DNA from: an uncultured Lachnospiraceae bacterium
GTDB lineage: Bacteria > Bacillota > Clostridia > Lachnospirales > Lachnospiraceae
Assembly: GCA_902765365.1 (NCBI GenBank)
Contig: CACWZK010000001.1
Span: forward strand, 1-54,159
DNA length: 54,159 nucleotides
Direction: 5' to 3'
Shown: piece after piece, positions 1 to 9,788 of the stretch
How the letters are laid out: every line of letters begins with the position of its first letter
How positions within the stretch are numbered: the stretch's first letter is position 1
Translations under genes and position numbers: made by a program
Notes under the pieces: generated by a model
The model's database searches: none
What the model was told of the DNA's origin: nothing
What the model saw: only the letters and a program-made list of their open reading frames with translations

Positions 1-30
1 CAAATTTTCGGACTTGGATGAGAATATCTT

Positions 31-708
31 TTGGAACACATAGACAACGGAAATCATGCGGCGGTAAGGACAGTATATGAGCTGTATCGCAGGGCAAAGG
101 AAGGCAGCATTGATGCCGAAAATCTGTATGAAATTCTTAAAGCCGAAAAGGAAGAAGAGGAAAATATCAATACCAAAGCCGGTGAAGATTTTCCCAATAT
201 AGATAAAAACGTTAGTCTAAATAAAGAAAAAGAACTTAACAAAGGGAAAATAGAAAGAACAATTGACAGGTTGTTTGATTTAATGAAATCCAAATTGCCG
301 GAAAAGAAACCGCCGGAAAAAGAGTTTGAATTTGATAAATATGAACCCGACTTAAGCGAAGAAGAGGATACATTGGAGGATACGGAATTCGGAACGGTAC
401 TCATTTCTCTTCCCGAGGGGAATTCAAGAAAATTGATCAGCAGGGATAATTCCGTTCCCGATGCAAAACTGGACTTTTTCCCCTGTGTTTTGGGATCAAG
501 GCAGGATTGTGTGGACATTCTTCTTAATGACAGGAGTGTATCCAGGATGCATGCCCAGATTGACGAATCTCAGGGGAAATTATTTCTTTACGACTTAAAT
601 TCAACCAACGGAACCTTTGTCAACGGACAGCGCTTAAAATCCGAAGAGCGCGAAATAAAGGAAGGTGACGAAATTCAGATAGGAAACGTCAGGTTTGTTC
701 TTGCATAA
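31..708 (+). CDS. FHA-domain protein, probably 5'-incomplete at the window edge
   Basis: C-terminal FHA motifs (LGS..., SVSRMHA, DLNSTNGTFVNG). An in-frame TGA at 19-21 and no RBS make the true start uncertain. Confidence 0.8.
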   Translation: MEHIDNGNHAAVRTVYELYRRAKEGSIDAENLYEILKAEKEEEENINTKAGEDFPNIDKNVSLNKEKELNKGKIERTIDRLFDLMKSKLPEKKPPEKEFEFDKYEPDLSEEEDTLEDTEFGTVLISLPEGNSRKLISRDNSVPDAKLDFFPCVLGSRQDCVDILLNDRSVSRMHAQIDESQGKLFLYDLNSTNGTFVNGQRLKSEEREIKEGDEIQIGNVRFVLA

Positions 709-839
709 AGTGTTTATTTTAAAAACACCCACAGCCGTTTTAAATTTGCTTGCTTATAAAAATAGACGATATTATAATTGAATATGCCGAGTAGTAAAGT
801 AATTAGGGCGTAGAAAAATACTTAATCAGGAGAAAACAA

Positions 840-1247
840 ATGAAAGACGACTGCATTTTCTGCAAGCTTGCAAACGGTGTATTTCCCACCAATTCAATAT
901 ATGAGGATGAGGATTTTAACGTTATTCTCGACGTAGGTCCCGCTACCAAGGGTCATGCTCTCATCTTACCGAAGGAGCATTATGCGAATCTTTACGAGCT
1001 TCCCGAAGAAAAGGCGGCCAAGGTTATGATTCTTGCGAAGAGACTTGCGACTAAGATGACCGACAGACTCGGAGCAGACGGATTTAACTTAGTTCAGAAC
1101 AATGGTACCTGTGCCGGTCAGACTGTTTTTCATTTCCATTTTCATTTGATTCCCAGATATGAAAACGATGGTCAGAATATGCTTTGGAACCCGACCTCGC
1201 CTTCAGCTGAAGAACTCGCAAATATTAAAGATATCCTTACCAAATAA
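840..1247 (+). CDS. HIT family hydrolase
   Basis: DCIFCK N-terminus, HFHFH histidine triad, AGGAG RBS. Confidence 0.93.
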   Translation: MKDDCIFCKLANGVFPTNSIYEDEDFNVILDVGPATKGHALILPKEHYANLYELPEEKAAKVMILAKRLATKMTDRLGADGFNLVQNNGTCAGQTVFHFHFHLIPRYENDGQNMLWNPTSPSAEELANIKDILTK

Positions 1248-1272
1248 TTGTTGACAAATATCGGAGGTCTTT

Positions 1273-2190
1273 ATGGCTGAAAGTACCGAAAAAGTTACAG
1301 AGAGCGTTTCTCCCGAAGAGAGCGTGAACGCACTCAGAATTAAATATCTTCAGGCAGACATCATATGGAAACTTGTTTCCCTGCTTGTTTTCGTTGCTAC
1401 CGGAGTATATGTTTTCCTTGTTTTCAAAAAGGTCATCAATCTTACTTTATGGGGCAATTCGTTAGTCGTGCTTTTACTTTTGGTGGCGATTTTTATATGT
1501 GTTTACATGCTTCCCCATTTCCTTAAGATGGGCTCGAAGCACAAAGCATATTCGTCCAAATACAAAGAGGCGTTTTTAAAGCCCACACTCGAGGAAGCAT
1601 TTTCCAAGGGCGAATACAGCGAATTCGAAAAGATTTCAACGAGAGATTTAACCAGAAATTCGATGATTAAAAAGGCCAAGAGCGCGGTGGCAAACGACTG
1701 TATCAGCGGCGTTTACAAGAAGATTCCGTTCTTAAGATACGATCTTGCGCTTCGCTATGGCAAGAAAAAGGGCGGTTCCGACTGTGTAATGATAGTGGCG
1801 CAGTACAACAATCGCCTTAAATCCGAAGTTCAGATAATCGGAAACGATTTTAAAATCGGCGGAATGGATTACGAACAGCCTGAAACATACTGCAAGATTT
1901 TAAGTTCCCATGAGAAGTTCGATTCTAAGTTTTCCGTTTATGCAAAGGATCAGGACGACGGACAGAAATTCTTAAAGGAATCGCTTGCGGGCAAGATTTA
2001 TAAATTCAAAGCCGGCGGACCTATAGCTCTTTTCTTTGACAAGGACGAAGTCAGTCTTATCATAAGAAGAAGCAAGGATGCCATGGAGGCACCTGTTTAC
2101 AAAAAGGTCAAAAAGAGCGTGGCCGTAAAAGAAGCCAGCGAAGAAGTTAATATAATCAAAGAGTGGATTGATATTCTCGAAGATTTATAA
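1273..2190 (+). CDS. Two-TM membrane protein with soluble C-terminal domain (DUF3137-like)
   Basis: Two N-terminal hydrophobic helices, FDSKFSVY motif, GGAGG RBS. Family call is by resemblance only. Confidence 0.55.
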   Translation: MAESTEKVTESVSPEESVNALRIKYLQADIIWKLVSLLVFVATGVYVFLVFKKVINLTLWGNSLVVLLLLVAIFICVYMLPHFLKMGSKHKAYSSKYKEAFLKPTLEEAFSKGEYSEFEKISTRDLTRNSMIKKAKSAVANDCISGVYKKIPFLRYDLALRYGKKKGGSDCVMIVAQYNNRLKSEVQIIGNDFKIGGMDYEQPETYCKILSSHEKFDSKFSVYAKDQDDGQKFLKESLAGKIYKFKAGGPIALFFDKDEVSLIIRRSKDAMEAPVYKKVKKSVAVKEASEEVNIIKEWIDILEDL

Positions 2191-2198
2191 ATTATCAT

Positions 2199-2229
2199 AA
2201 AAAAACACGACTCAAAGCCGTGTTTTTTT
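2199..2229. terminator. Bidirectional intrinsic terminator
   Basis: AAAAAAACACG-N-CGTGTTTTTTT between convergent genes. Confidence 0.75.
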
Positions 2230-2244
2230 ATCTCATAATTCGTT

Positions 2245-3318
2245 TTAAGGACGGTTTATAACCGCATCTTCAATGAGTGCAATGATTTTGTCGATTGCAT
2301 TTATCTGGTTGCTTGCTTCCATGGCAGCAACATATTTTTCCTTGTTCTCGTCGAGTTCTTTTACCTTTTGTACCAGTGTTATTTCATCCAGGTCTTCTTC
2401 CTGCAAAACCAGCGAAAATCCCTGAGACTCGAATGAGTTTGCGTTTAATATCTGGTCTCCTCTGCTGGCCGCTTTTGAAAGAGGTATCAGAAGATTGGGT
2501 TTTCTTAAGGATAAGAGTTCGCAGATTGCATTTGCACCGGCTCTGGAGATAACCAAATCACTCATCGCCATTACATCTTTTAATTCACCCTTTAAATATT
2601 CATACTGTTTGTAGCCTTCGGTGGTTAAAAGCAGATTGTCTATACGTCCGTTGCCACATAAGTGAACTACCTGATAATCTTTTAAGAGTTCGGGAAGTGC
2701 TTTTCTGACTGCTTTGTTGATGGCAACAGAACCTGTGCTTCCTCCGATGACCATAATGACGGGTTTTTCTTTGTTAAAACCGCACATTTCTCTGGCAGCT
2801 TCCGCATTTCCTTCGAATAGTTCGGCTCTGACCGGTGAACCTGTGAGTTCTGCCTTGTTTTTAGGTAATTTTTCCACTGTCTCGGGGAAATTACAGCAGA
2901 CCTTGAGGGCCTTGGGAATGCAAAGCTTGTTGGCAAGACCGGGAGTTAAATCCGATTCGTGAATAATGCAGGGAATTTTTAAACTTGCAGCCGCACGGAC
3001 TATCGGAACAGCCACATATCCGCCCTTTGAAAAAACCACGTCGGGTTTTACTTCTTTTAGGTATTTTTTGGCCTCATGGTAACCCTTTATAACCTTAAAA
3101 GGATCTGTAAGATTCTTGGGGTCAAGGTATCTTCTTAATTTTCCGACGGGGACGCCATAGTAAGGAATATCAAAATCCGCGATAAGCTTCTTTTCGATTC
3201 CGTCGAGGGAACCCATATATGTTACTTCGTATCCGAGTTCTTTTAGTTTGGGAAGCAGTGCAAGATTGGGAGTAACATGACCGGCTGTACCGCCGCCGGT
3301 AAGTACTATTTTTTTCAT
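2245..3318 (-). CDS. murG: Undecaprenyl-PP-MurNAc-pentapeptide GlcNAc transferase
   Basis: TGGGTAGH, KGGYV, HESD, GGSTGS, SRAGAN motifs. Confidence 0.96.
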   Translation of the reverse strand: MKKIVLTGGGTAGHVTPNLALLPKLKELGYEVTYMGSLDGIEKKLIADFDIPYYGVPVGKLRRYLDPKNLTDPFKVIKGYHEAKKYLKEVKPDVVFSKGGYVAVPIVRAAASLKIPCIIHESDLTPGLANKLCIPKALKVCCNFPETVEKLPKNKAELTGSPVRAELFEGNAEAAREMCGFNKEKPVIMVIGGSTGSVAINKAVRKALPELLKDYQVVHLCGNGRIDNLLLTTEGYKQYEYLKGELKDVMAMSDLVISRAGANAICELLSLRKPNLLIPLSKAASRGDQILNANSFESQGFSLVLQEEDLDEITLVQKVKELDENKEKYVAAMEASNQINAIDKIIALIEDAVINRP

Positions 3319-3425
3319 AATAAAACCTCTGAAATAGATTTGATGAAAATGATCATCATCGAAAAGTTATTATAGCAAAAAAACAAAGGTATTTCCATTA
3401 TTTTAAAACATCCGCGTATACTCTG

Positions 3426-3478
3426 TTGAATAACACATAAAGACAGGTTATAATGTGTGTACAAGGTGTATGTACATA
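3426..3478 (+). promoter_or_regulatory. Sigma70/A promoter with putative autorepression operator of the vapBC pair
   Basis: TTGAAT(3426)-17 nt-TATAAT(3449), followed by TGTACA (3458) and the palindrome TATGTACATA (3469-3478). Confidence 0.7.
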
Positions 3479-3490
3479 AGGAGGTGTTTT

Positions 3491-3727
3491 ATGACGACTA
3501 CCAAAGTATTTCAAAACGGAAACAGCCAGGCGCTTCGTATTCCGCAAAACATGAGAACAGAAATTAAAGATTATTATATAGGTAAAATCGGAGAAATATA
3601 TATAGCATATCCCGCAGACGATCCGTGGGCATGTACACGTCAGGTAATCGGAGATTTTCCGGATGATTTTATGAATGATCGTGAACAGCCTTCATGGAAT
3701 GAAGTATCACCAAGGGAGGATTTGTAG
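3491..3727 (+). CDS. vapB: AbrB/MazE-fold antitoxin (VapB)
   Basis: TKVFQNGNSQALRIP motif. AGGAGG RBS places the start at ATG 3491. Overlaps the toxin start. Confidence 0.9.
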   Translation: MTTTKVFQNGNSQALRIPQNMRTEIKDYYIGKIGEIYIAYPADDPWACTRQVIGDFPDDFMNDREQPSWNEVSPREDL

Positions 3728-4125
3728 TGTTTCTTCTTGACACAAATATCTGCATATACCTTATGAAAAACACCTACCCAAAGCTTACGGAGAGGCTTTT
3801 TTCGTATTCGCCCTCTCAGATGGCTGTTTCTTCAATCACGGTTTTCGAACTTGAATACGGTGCAGCCAAAAGCAAATGGAGTGAAAAAACCAGACTTAAT
3901 CTGGAGTTGTTTTTAGCTCCTTTTACGATTATCCCTTTTGACGGCAAAGATGCTGTGATTGCGGGACAGGTTCGAAGATATCTCGAAAAGGAGGGAACTC
4001 CGATAGGCCCTTACGACCTTCAGATAGCCGCTCAGGCGCTCTCAAGAGATATGACTGTCATTACTCACAATGTGAATGAATTCTGCAGGGTTCCCGGGAT
4101 AAAAACGGAGGACTGGGCCCTTTGA
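3727..4125 (+). CDS. vapC: PIN-domain toxin (VapC)
   Basis: LLDTNICI, ELEYG, IGPYDLQIAAQA, VITHNVNEF. Confidence 0.93.
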   Translation: MFLLDTNICIYLMKNTYPKLTERLFSYSPSQMAVSSITVFELEYGAAKSKWSEKTRLNLELFLAPFTIIPFDGKDAVIAGQVRRYLEKEGTPIGPYDLQIAAQALSRDMTVITHNVNEFCRVPGIKTEDWAL

Positions 4126-4140
4126 TGCTTACGCTCACTC

Positions 4141-4169
4141 TTGAATTAAGTCGAGTGATAAAGTATAAT
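4141..4169 (+). promoter_or_regulatory. Sigma70/A promoter of pgi
   Basis: TTGAAT-17 nt-TATAAT. Confidence 0.65.
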
Positions 4170-4239
4170 CCGTTAAGACGAGATAAGTTTTGCAATTCGA
4201 AAAAGAATTTAAAAGATATAATCTACGGAGGATAAAAAT

Positions 4240-5820
4240 ATGGCAGAGTGGAAAAACCTCGACACACTTGAGGCATTTAAAGAGCTTCAAACAAAAGAAA
4301 AGGTCAGTGTAAAAGAAGTCATGAGCGGCGAAAACGGCGCCAAGAGAGTTAAGACTTACAGTGTGCCCATGGCAGCAGGCCTTTCATATAACTATGCCGC
4401 CAAGGCAGTTAACGATGATATTCTCGCAGGTTTCGAAAAACTTGCGGCTGAGGCTGAGCTTACGGAAAAATTCGAAGAACTTTTCAACGGCGCAGTTATC
4501 AATACAGGTGAAAAGAGACTCGTGCTTCATCATCTTACACGTTCCCAGCTCGGTAACGATGTTGTTAAAGACGGTGTAAACAAGAGAGATTTTTATGTAG
4601 GTGAGCAGAAAAAAATCGCTGATTTCGCCAACGATGTTCATGCAGGAAAGATCGTAAACGGCGCAGGCGAGAAATTCACCACTGTAGTTCAGATAGGTAT
4701 CGGCGGCTCCGATTTGGGACCCCGTGCAATTTATATCGCCCTTGAAAACTGGGCTAAGAAAACCGGCAATTTCAACATGGAAGCAAAGTTCATAAGCAAT
4801 GTCGATCCCGACGATGCTGCAGGAGTTCTTGCGGGAATCGATGTGGCTCATTCGCTCTTTGTACTTGTTTCCAAATCCGGTACAACACTTGAGACATTAA
4901 CCAACGAATCATTCGTAAAAGATGCGCTTGCAAAGGCAGGTCTCGATGCTTCCAAGCATATGGTTGCAGTTACCAGCGAGACTTCGCCCCTTGCATCCAA
5001 CAGCGGATATCTTAAGGCATTCTTTATGGATGACTTTATCGGCGGACGTTTCTCATCATGTTCTGCTGTAGGCGGCGCAGTATTGTCACTTGCTTTTACT
5101 CCCGAAGTTTTTGCACGTTTCTTAAACGGTGCGGCTGAGGAAGACAAGCTTGCCACAAACAAGAGCATTAAGGAAAACCCTGCAATGCTTGATGCTTTAA
5201 TCGGTGTATACGAGAGAAATGTTTTAGGATTCCCTTCAACCGCACTTCTTCCTTATTCGCAGGCGTTGAGCCGTTTCCCCGCACATCTTCAGCAGGCTGA
5301 CATGGAAAGTAACGGCAAGTCGGTCAACAGATTCGGCGAGTTCGTAAATTATCCTACAGGACCCGTTCTCTTCGGCGAGCCCGGTACCAACGGACAGCAT
5401 TCGTTCTATCAGCTCTTACATCAGGGCACTGATATCATTCCTTTGCAGTTCATCGGATTCAACGACAGTCAGTTAGGTGTTGATGTAAACATTCAGGGCT
5501 CTACCAGCCAGAAGAAACTCTGCGCCAATGTTGCTGCTCAGATTATCGCATTTGCCTGCGGCAAAGATGACGAAAACAACAACAAGAAGTTCGCGGGCAA
5601 CCGTCCTTCGAGTATCATCATCGGCAAGCAGTTAACCCCCGAGTCAATGGGTGCGCTCCTTTCACACTTTGAAAACAAGATTATGTTCCAGGGCTTCCTT
5701 TGGAATGTAAACAGCTTCGATCAGGAAGGCGTTCAGCTCGGCAAAGTTCTTGCAAAGAAGGTTCTTGCACATGATACAGACGGAGCTTTAAAAGAATTCA
5801 GCGACCTTTTCGAAATCTAA
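4240..5820 (+). CDS. pgi: Glucose-6-phosphate isomerase
   Basis: IGIGGSDLGP, SKSGTTLET, GGRFS, MESNGK, QHSFYQLLHQG, FDQEGVQLGK. Confidence 0.97.
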   Translation: MAEWKNLDTLEAFKELQTKEKVSVKEVMSGENGAKRVKTYSVPMAAGLSYNYAAKAVNDDILAGFEKLAAEAELTEKFEELFNGAVINTGEKRLVLHHLTRSQLGNDVVKDGVNKRDFYVGEQKKIADFANDVHAGKIVNGAGEKFTTVVQIGIGGSDLGPRAIYIALENWAKKTGNFNMEAKFISNVDPDDAAGVLAGIDVAHSLFVLVSKSGTTLETLTNESFVKDALAKAGLDASKHMVAVTSETSPLASNSGYLKAFFMDDFIGGRFSSCSAVGGAVLSLAFTPEVFARFLNGAAEEDKLATNKSIKENPAMLDALIGVYERNVLGFPSTALLPYSQALSRFPAHLQQADMESNGKSVNRFGEFVNYPTGPVLFGEPGTNGQHSFYQLLHQGTDIIPLQFIGFNDSQLGVDVNIQGSTSQKKLCANVAAQIIAFACGKDDENNNKKFAGNRPSSIIIGKQLTPESMGALLSHFENKIMFQGFLWNVNSFDQEGVQLGKVLAKKVLAHDTDGALKEFSDLFEI

Positions 5821-5845
5821 ACTTATATATCTTTTATGATTTTTT

Positions 5846-5880
5846 TGCCGGATACCCGCGGGTGTCCGGCATATTTTTTT
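5846..5880 (+). terminator. Intrinsic terminator after pgi
   Basis: TGCCGGATACC-loop-GGTGTCCGGCA followed by a T-tract. Confidence 0.8.
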
Positions 5881-5950
5881 ATCCGTATAATGTTTTCTTT
5901 TTACGTGCCGATATATAAATATAGGGTTTAGAAATATAAGGAGTTTAGCA

Positions 5951-7936
5951 TTGATCGATCCGTTATCAATACAAAAAACATTTCTTCTTTTTGAAGCAAG
6001 CTTCTGCGTATTTGTTTCACTTTTTACGGTACTGCTTGTGATAAACGACAAAAAGAATTACAAAAACCAGTTGATTATGTTTGGCAATTTCTTTGCCGGC
6101 TTACTTCTTTTCTCCGATTTTTTTACATATGTCTATGACGGTGTAGAAGGCAGAACGGCGTTTGTAATGATCAGAGTGGCGAATTTTGTTCTCTTTTTCA
6201 CCACGTTTTTAATTGTAATAACTATCACCATGTATGTCGCCGTGCAGCTCTTCGGAACAGCGGGAGTAAAGGTGAAAATTCCCGGGCAGAAAAGATTCCG
6301 CACGGTTTACTGGATTGCGGTTTTCTGTATGATAGTGTTGATTGTATCGCAGTTTACCGACATTTTATATTACTTCGACGAAAGCAATGCGTATCATCGA
6401 AATCCCTTCTTCTTTGTGACTATGGGATTAATCGGAATATGCCTTCTTATAAACATTTCCGTTCTGATTGAAAATCGTAAAAAAACAGATCCGGTGACAT
6501 TTTTGTCGATGCTCGCATACATCATAATTCCGGGAATTGCAACAATTATTCAGAGTATCTTTTACGGTTATTCCTTCGTAAATATCTCGATAGGTTTTGT
6601 GCTTATCATTATGTTCATTCAAAACAGTTACTCGCAGAGCCAGGAGGTTTTGCGAATCTCCAAACTCGAGGTCAGAACCGGACTTTTAAACGAGCACGGC
6701 TGTATCGGAGAAATCGAAACGCTTCGAAGCAAAGGCAAAGTCTGCAATTACTGCGCCGTTTATTTCGACATTTCGAAGTTTTCGTATTTTAACAGAAAAT
6801 ACGGAATGATTGCGGGAGACATGCTCCTAAAAAAATACTCCGAAAACCTCTGCGATATTTTAAAATCGGACGAGTTTCTCGCAAGAGAGGGAAGCGACCA
6901 TTTTATAGCCGTTGTCAAAAAAGAAAATCTCGAAAAAATACTTGATTTCCTAAAAGAAACGGAAGTGGAAATCACCTACGGACCGGGAGAGGGAAAAAGC
7001 AAAGTCGTAAAAGTGTCTTCGGTTGCGGGCGTCTATGAGATAAACGAAGAATACATGAAGGCGGAGGATATTTTATCCAACGCATACACGGCTCTTTTAT
7101 ATGCCAAAACGGTCAGCAAAAAGAGCGTGGATTATATGAGCGAGGAGCTTAAGGAAAAGCTCGAAAACGAAAGAAAATTAAAAGGAATTCTTTTCGAAGG
7201 GCTCGAAAAGGAAGAATTTCAGGTTTATTACCAGCCCAAGATCGACATGCAGAGCAATACACTCTGCGGCGGAGAAGCACTTGTCAGATGGATGCATGAT
7301 GACAATGTCATTCCGCCCGAGGAATTTATTCCCATCATGGAAAAGAACGATTCCGTCTGCACGCTGGATTTTTATGTTTTGAGAAAAGTCTGCGAAGACA
7401 TAAAAGAGTGGCAGAAAGAGGGACTTGACATACCGACGATATCGGTTAATCTTTCCCGAAGAAACCTCTCGAACACCCATCTGGCAAAAGATATCGACAA
7501 TGTGGTAAAAGCCTACGGAATTTCGAAAAAACTGATTGAAATCGAAATAACGGAAACAAGCGATGAATTTCCGGCGAGCGTCTTAAAAGAATTTGTAAGT
7601 TCGCTGCACGAACTCGGCTACAAAGTGGCAGTGGATGATTTCGGGTGCGGCGCAGCATCGCTTTCGCTCCTAAGAGAGACGGATTTTGATACGTTAAAGA
7701 TTGACAAGGGATTTATCCACAGTGCGTTTGACAAAAATCTCACCATCCTGACGCATATAGTTAATCTTGCCAAAGCAATCGACATGAAAATCGTTGCGGA
7801 AGGCGTGGAGACGCAGAAGCAGAAAGAAATTCTGCTCGGCCTCGGCGTAAATGTCGTTCAGGGATATTTTTACGACAGACCTCTGCCTAAAGAGGAAATG
7901 TCAAGCCGAATAACTGGCAAAGTTTATAACGCCTGA
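5951..7936 (+). CDS. Membrane-anchored GGDEF(degenerate)-EAL protein, likely c-di-GMP phosphodiesterase
   Basis: About 7 TM segments; GSDHF in place of GGDEF; YYQPK, EALVRW, EITET, DDFGCG, LKIDK, AEGVET, QGYFY. Confidence 0.9.
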   Translation: MIDPLSIQKTFLLFEASFCVFVSLFTVLLVINDKKNYKNQLIMFGNFFAGLLLFSDFFTYVYDGVEGRTAFVMIRVANFVLFFTTFLIVITITMYVAVQLFGTAGVKVKIPGQKRFRTVYWIAVFCMIVLIVSQFTDILYYFDESNAYHRNPFFFVTMGLIGICLLINISVLIENRKKTDPVTFLSMLAYIIIPGIATIIQSIFYGYSFVNISIGFVLIIMFIQNSYSQSQEVLRISKLEVRTGLLNEHGCIGEIETLRSKGKVCNYCAVYFDISKFSYFNRKYGMIAGDMLLKKYSENLCDILKSDEFLAREGSDHFIAVVKKENLEKILDFLKETEVEITYGPGEGKSKVVKVSSVAGVYEINEEYMKAEDILSNAYTALLYAKTVSKKSVDYMSEELKEKLENERKLKGILFEGLEKEEFQVYYQPKIDMQSNTLCGGEALVRWMHDDNVIPPEEFIPIMEKNDSVCTLDFYVLRKVCEDIKEWQKEGLDIPTISVNLSRRNLSNTHLAKDIDNVVKAYGISKKLIEIEITETSDEFPASVLKEFVSSLHELGYKVAVDDFGCGAASLSLLRETDFDTLKIDKGFIHSAFDKNLTILTHIVNLAKAIDMKIVAEGVETQKQKEILLGLGVNVVQGYFYDRPLPKEEMSSRITGKVYNA

Positions 7937-7940
7937 AGAA

Positions 7941-8933
7941 TCAGTATTTAACGACGCTGACTTCTTTTCCTGTGAGCGCTGCGGTTTTTTTATCATCATA
8001 AGTAACCAAAAGACGGCATTCGTCATCAATTCCGGTGACGAGTGCGTATTCTTTTTTTGAGGGCTTTTTATCGTTATGTATACGAACGTATCTGCCGATT
8101 AAATTCGAGTGCCTGCGGTAGCCGTCAAGAAAAGTTTTTCGGTCGATTTCGGATAGAAATGCGTAAAAATGTTTTATGAAATTAATGCAGAGCAGGTTTT
8201 TGAGATTGTCGGTATTATCAGTTTTTTTGATTAAAAAACCGGCTCTTTTTTTAATGTCCGAAGGAAGCTCTTCGCCGAAAGGGTAGATATTTATTCCGAC
8301 TCCGACCACGACATATTCGGGAAATTCCTCTTCGAGAGAACCGAAGGTTTCGGTCAGAATACCCGCGATTTTTTTCTCTTTTAAAAAGATGTCGTTTACC
8401 CATTTGATCGAAGTCTCGATGCCGAGAGAATCCTGTATCGACAAAACCAGTGATTCGGCAGCAATGCACGTAATATATGTGGCTTTTGAAAATGGAATCT
8501 CGGGATGTATTAAAAGGCTGAAATACAAGCCGGTGTCTTTCGGAGAAAAGAAAATCCTGCCCTTACGGCCGCGCCCGTTGGTCTGGGAATCTGCGGCAAT
8601 CAGTATGTCGCTTTTTTCGTTTGCATGCTCTCTTGCGATATCGTTCGTCGAAGTGACTTCTTCGTACGAATAGTATTTAAGGGGAAGATTTTCGGGCAGG
8701 CTTTTTTTGATAAAATCCATGTTGATTCCGTCGTAATCGCATACGAGACGATAACCTTTGTTTGTTACGGACTCTATCGTAAAACCGCTTTCGCGCAGGC
8801 TTTTTATCGCTTTCCAGATACCCGCTCTGGTTAAAAAAAGCGTATCGGCGATTTCCTGACCGGAAACAAATGCATTAGGGTTTTGCTTTAATATATTCAG
8901 TACTTTTTCCCTGGTTGAGAACTCTTTTTCCAT
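7941..8933 (-). CDS. birA: Bifunctional biotin protein ligase / repressor
   Basis: N-terminal HTH (SGQEIA...WKAI), STND, QTNGRGRKGR, KWVND, KIAGILTE. Confidence 0.95.
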   Translation of the reverse strand: MEKEFSTREKVLNILKQNPNAFVSGQEIADTLFLTRAGIWKAIKSLRESGFTIESVTNKGYRLVCDYDGINMDFIKKSLPENLPLKYYSYEEVTSTNDIAREHANEKSDILIAADSQTNGRGRKGRIFFSPKDTGLYFSLLIHPEIPFSKATYITCIAAESLVLSIQDSLGIETSIKWVNDIFLKEKKIAGILTETFGSLEEEFPEYVVVGVGINIYPFGEELPSDIKKRAGFLIKKTDNTDNLKNLLCINFIKHFYAFLSEIDRKTFLDGYRRHSNLIGRYVRIHNDKKPSKKEYALVTGIDDECRLLVTYDDKKTAALTGKEVSVVKY

Positions 8934-8969
8934 ATTTTCTTAAATTCCTTTTTTACAGTTTTTGCCCGA

Positions 8970-9022
8970 TTGTAAACTTTTTTGATAATCAGGTTGACGA
9001 TAGGTTAATTGTATTGTAAACT
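8970..9022. promoter_or_regulatory. BirA operator overlapping the bioY promoter
   Basis: TTGTAAAC-N15-GTTGAC (8970-8998) fits the BirA box. TTGACG(8994)-17 nt-TAAACT(9017) promoter has its -35 in the right arm. Confidence 0.8.
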
Positions 9023-9059
9023 CCCATCTTGAAATTGTAAACCAAAAGGAAGAATAAAT

Positions 9060-9629
9060 ATGAAAAGTAAAACAAGAATAACGACAATAACCATCACAAA
9101 AGTAGCGCTTTCGACGGCAATAATATGTATTTTGGGACCTCTTTCTTTTTCAATCCCCATCAGTCCCGTTCCGATTTCCTTAGGAATTCTGGGAATATTC
9201 TTTGCGGTATATGTTAACGGATGGCTCTGGGGAACGGTCAGCTGCGTTCTTTATCTTTTACTTGGATTTGTAGGAGTCCCCGTATTTACCGGCTTTACCG
9301 GCGGAATCACCAAACTTCTCGGTCCCACGGGCGGATATATGATCGGATATATTTTCCTTTCTTTAATTGCGGGATTTTTCATCTCAAAGTTTGAGAATAA
9401 AATACCGCTTCATATCCTCGGAATGGTTTTGGGAACAATCTGCTGTTACGCACTCGGTACAGTGTGGCTTGCGATATCGCTTAAAATGAGCTTTGGCGCC
9501 GCTCTTGTGGCAGGGGTGATTCCGTTTATCCCTGCGGATGCGGTCAAAATGGCGATAGCGGTAGCGATAGGAATACCGGTTCGAAAGGCGATAAAAAAGA
9601 TGAGCACAGGTTCGGAATCGGAACATTAA
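9060..9629 (+). CDS. bioY: Biotin ECF S component
   Basis: PVPISL, YLLLGFVGVPVF, GPTGGY, PFIPAD; divergent from birA. Confidence 0.95.
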   Translation: MKSKTRITTITITKVALSTAIICILGPLSFSIPISPVPISLGILGIFFAVYVNGWLWGTVSCVLYLLLGFVGVPVFTGFTGGITKLLGPTGGYMIGYIFLSLIAGFFISKFENKIPLHILGMVLGTICCYALGTVWLAISLKMSFGAALVAGVIPFIPADAVKMAIAVAIGIPVRKAIKKMSTGSESEH

Positions 9630-9646
9630 AAGGTCTTTAAACTCAT

Positions 9647-9677
9647 AAAAGATATCCCGAAAGGGGTATCTTTTTTT
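9647..9677 (+). terminator. Intrinsic terminator after bioY
   Basis: AAAAGATATCCC-GAAA-GGGGTATCTTTTTTTT. Confidence 0.85.
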
Positions 9678-9788
9678 ATGCAGGCATTTTACCCCTTTTT
9701 AAGTGACATTTAAGCGTGAATCGTGGTATAATAAGAAGTCGGATTTTGCCGACGGAACAGAAAACGAAAAAATATTCGGAGGGGTTAT

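Noticed and set aside
1-33. In-frame TGA (19-21) upstream of the FHA ORF as recoding or pseudogene evidence
   Set aside because: It lies at the window edge where an indel error is plausible, and TGA is a normal stop elsewhere (vapC, rpsK, rpoA).
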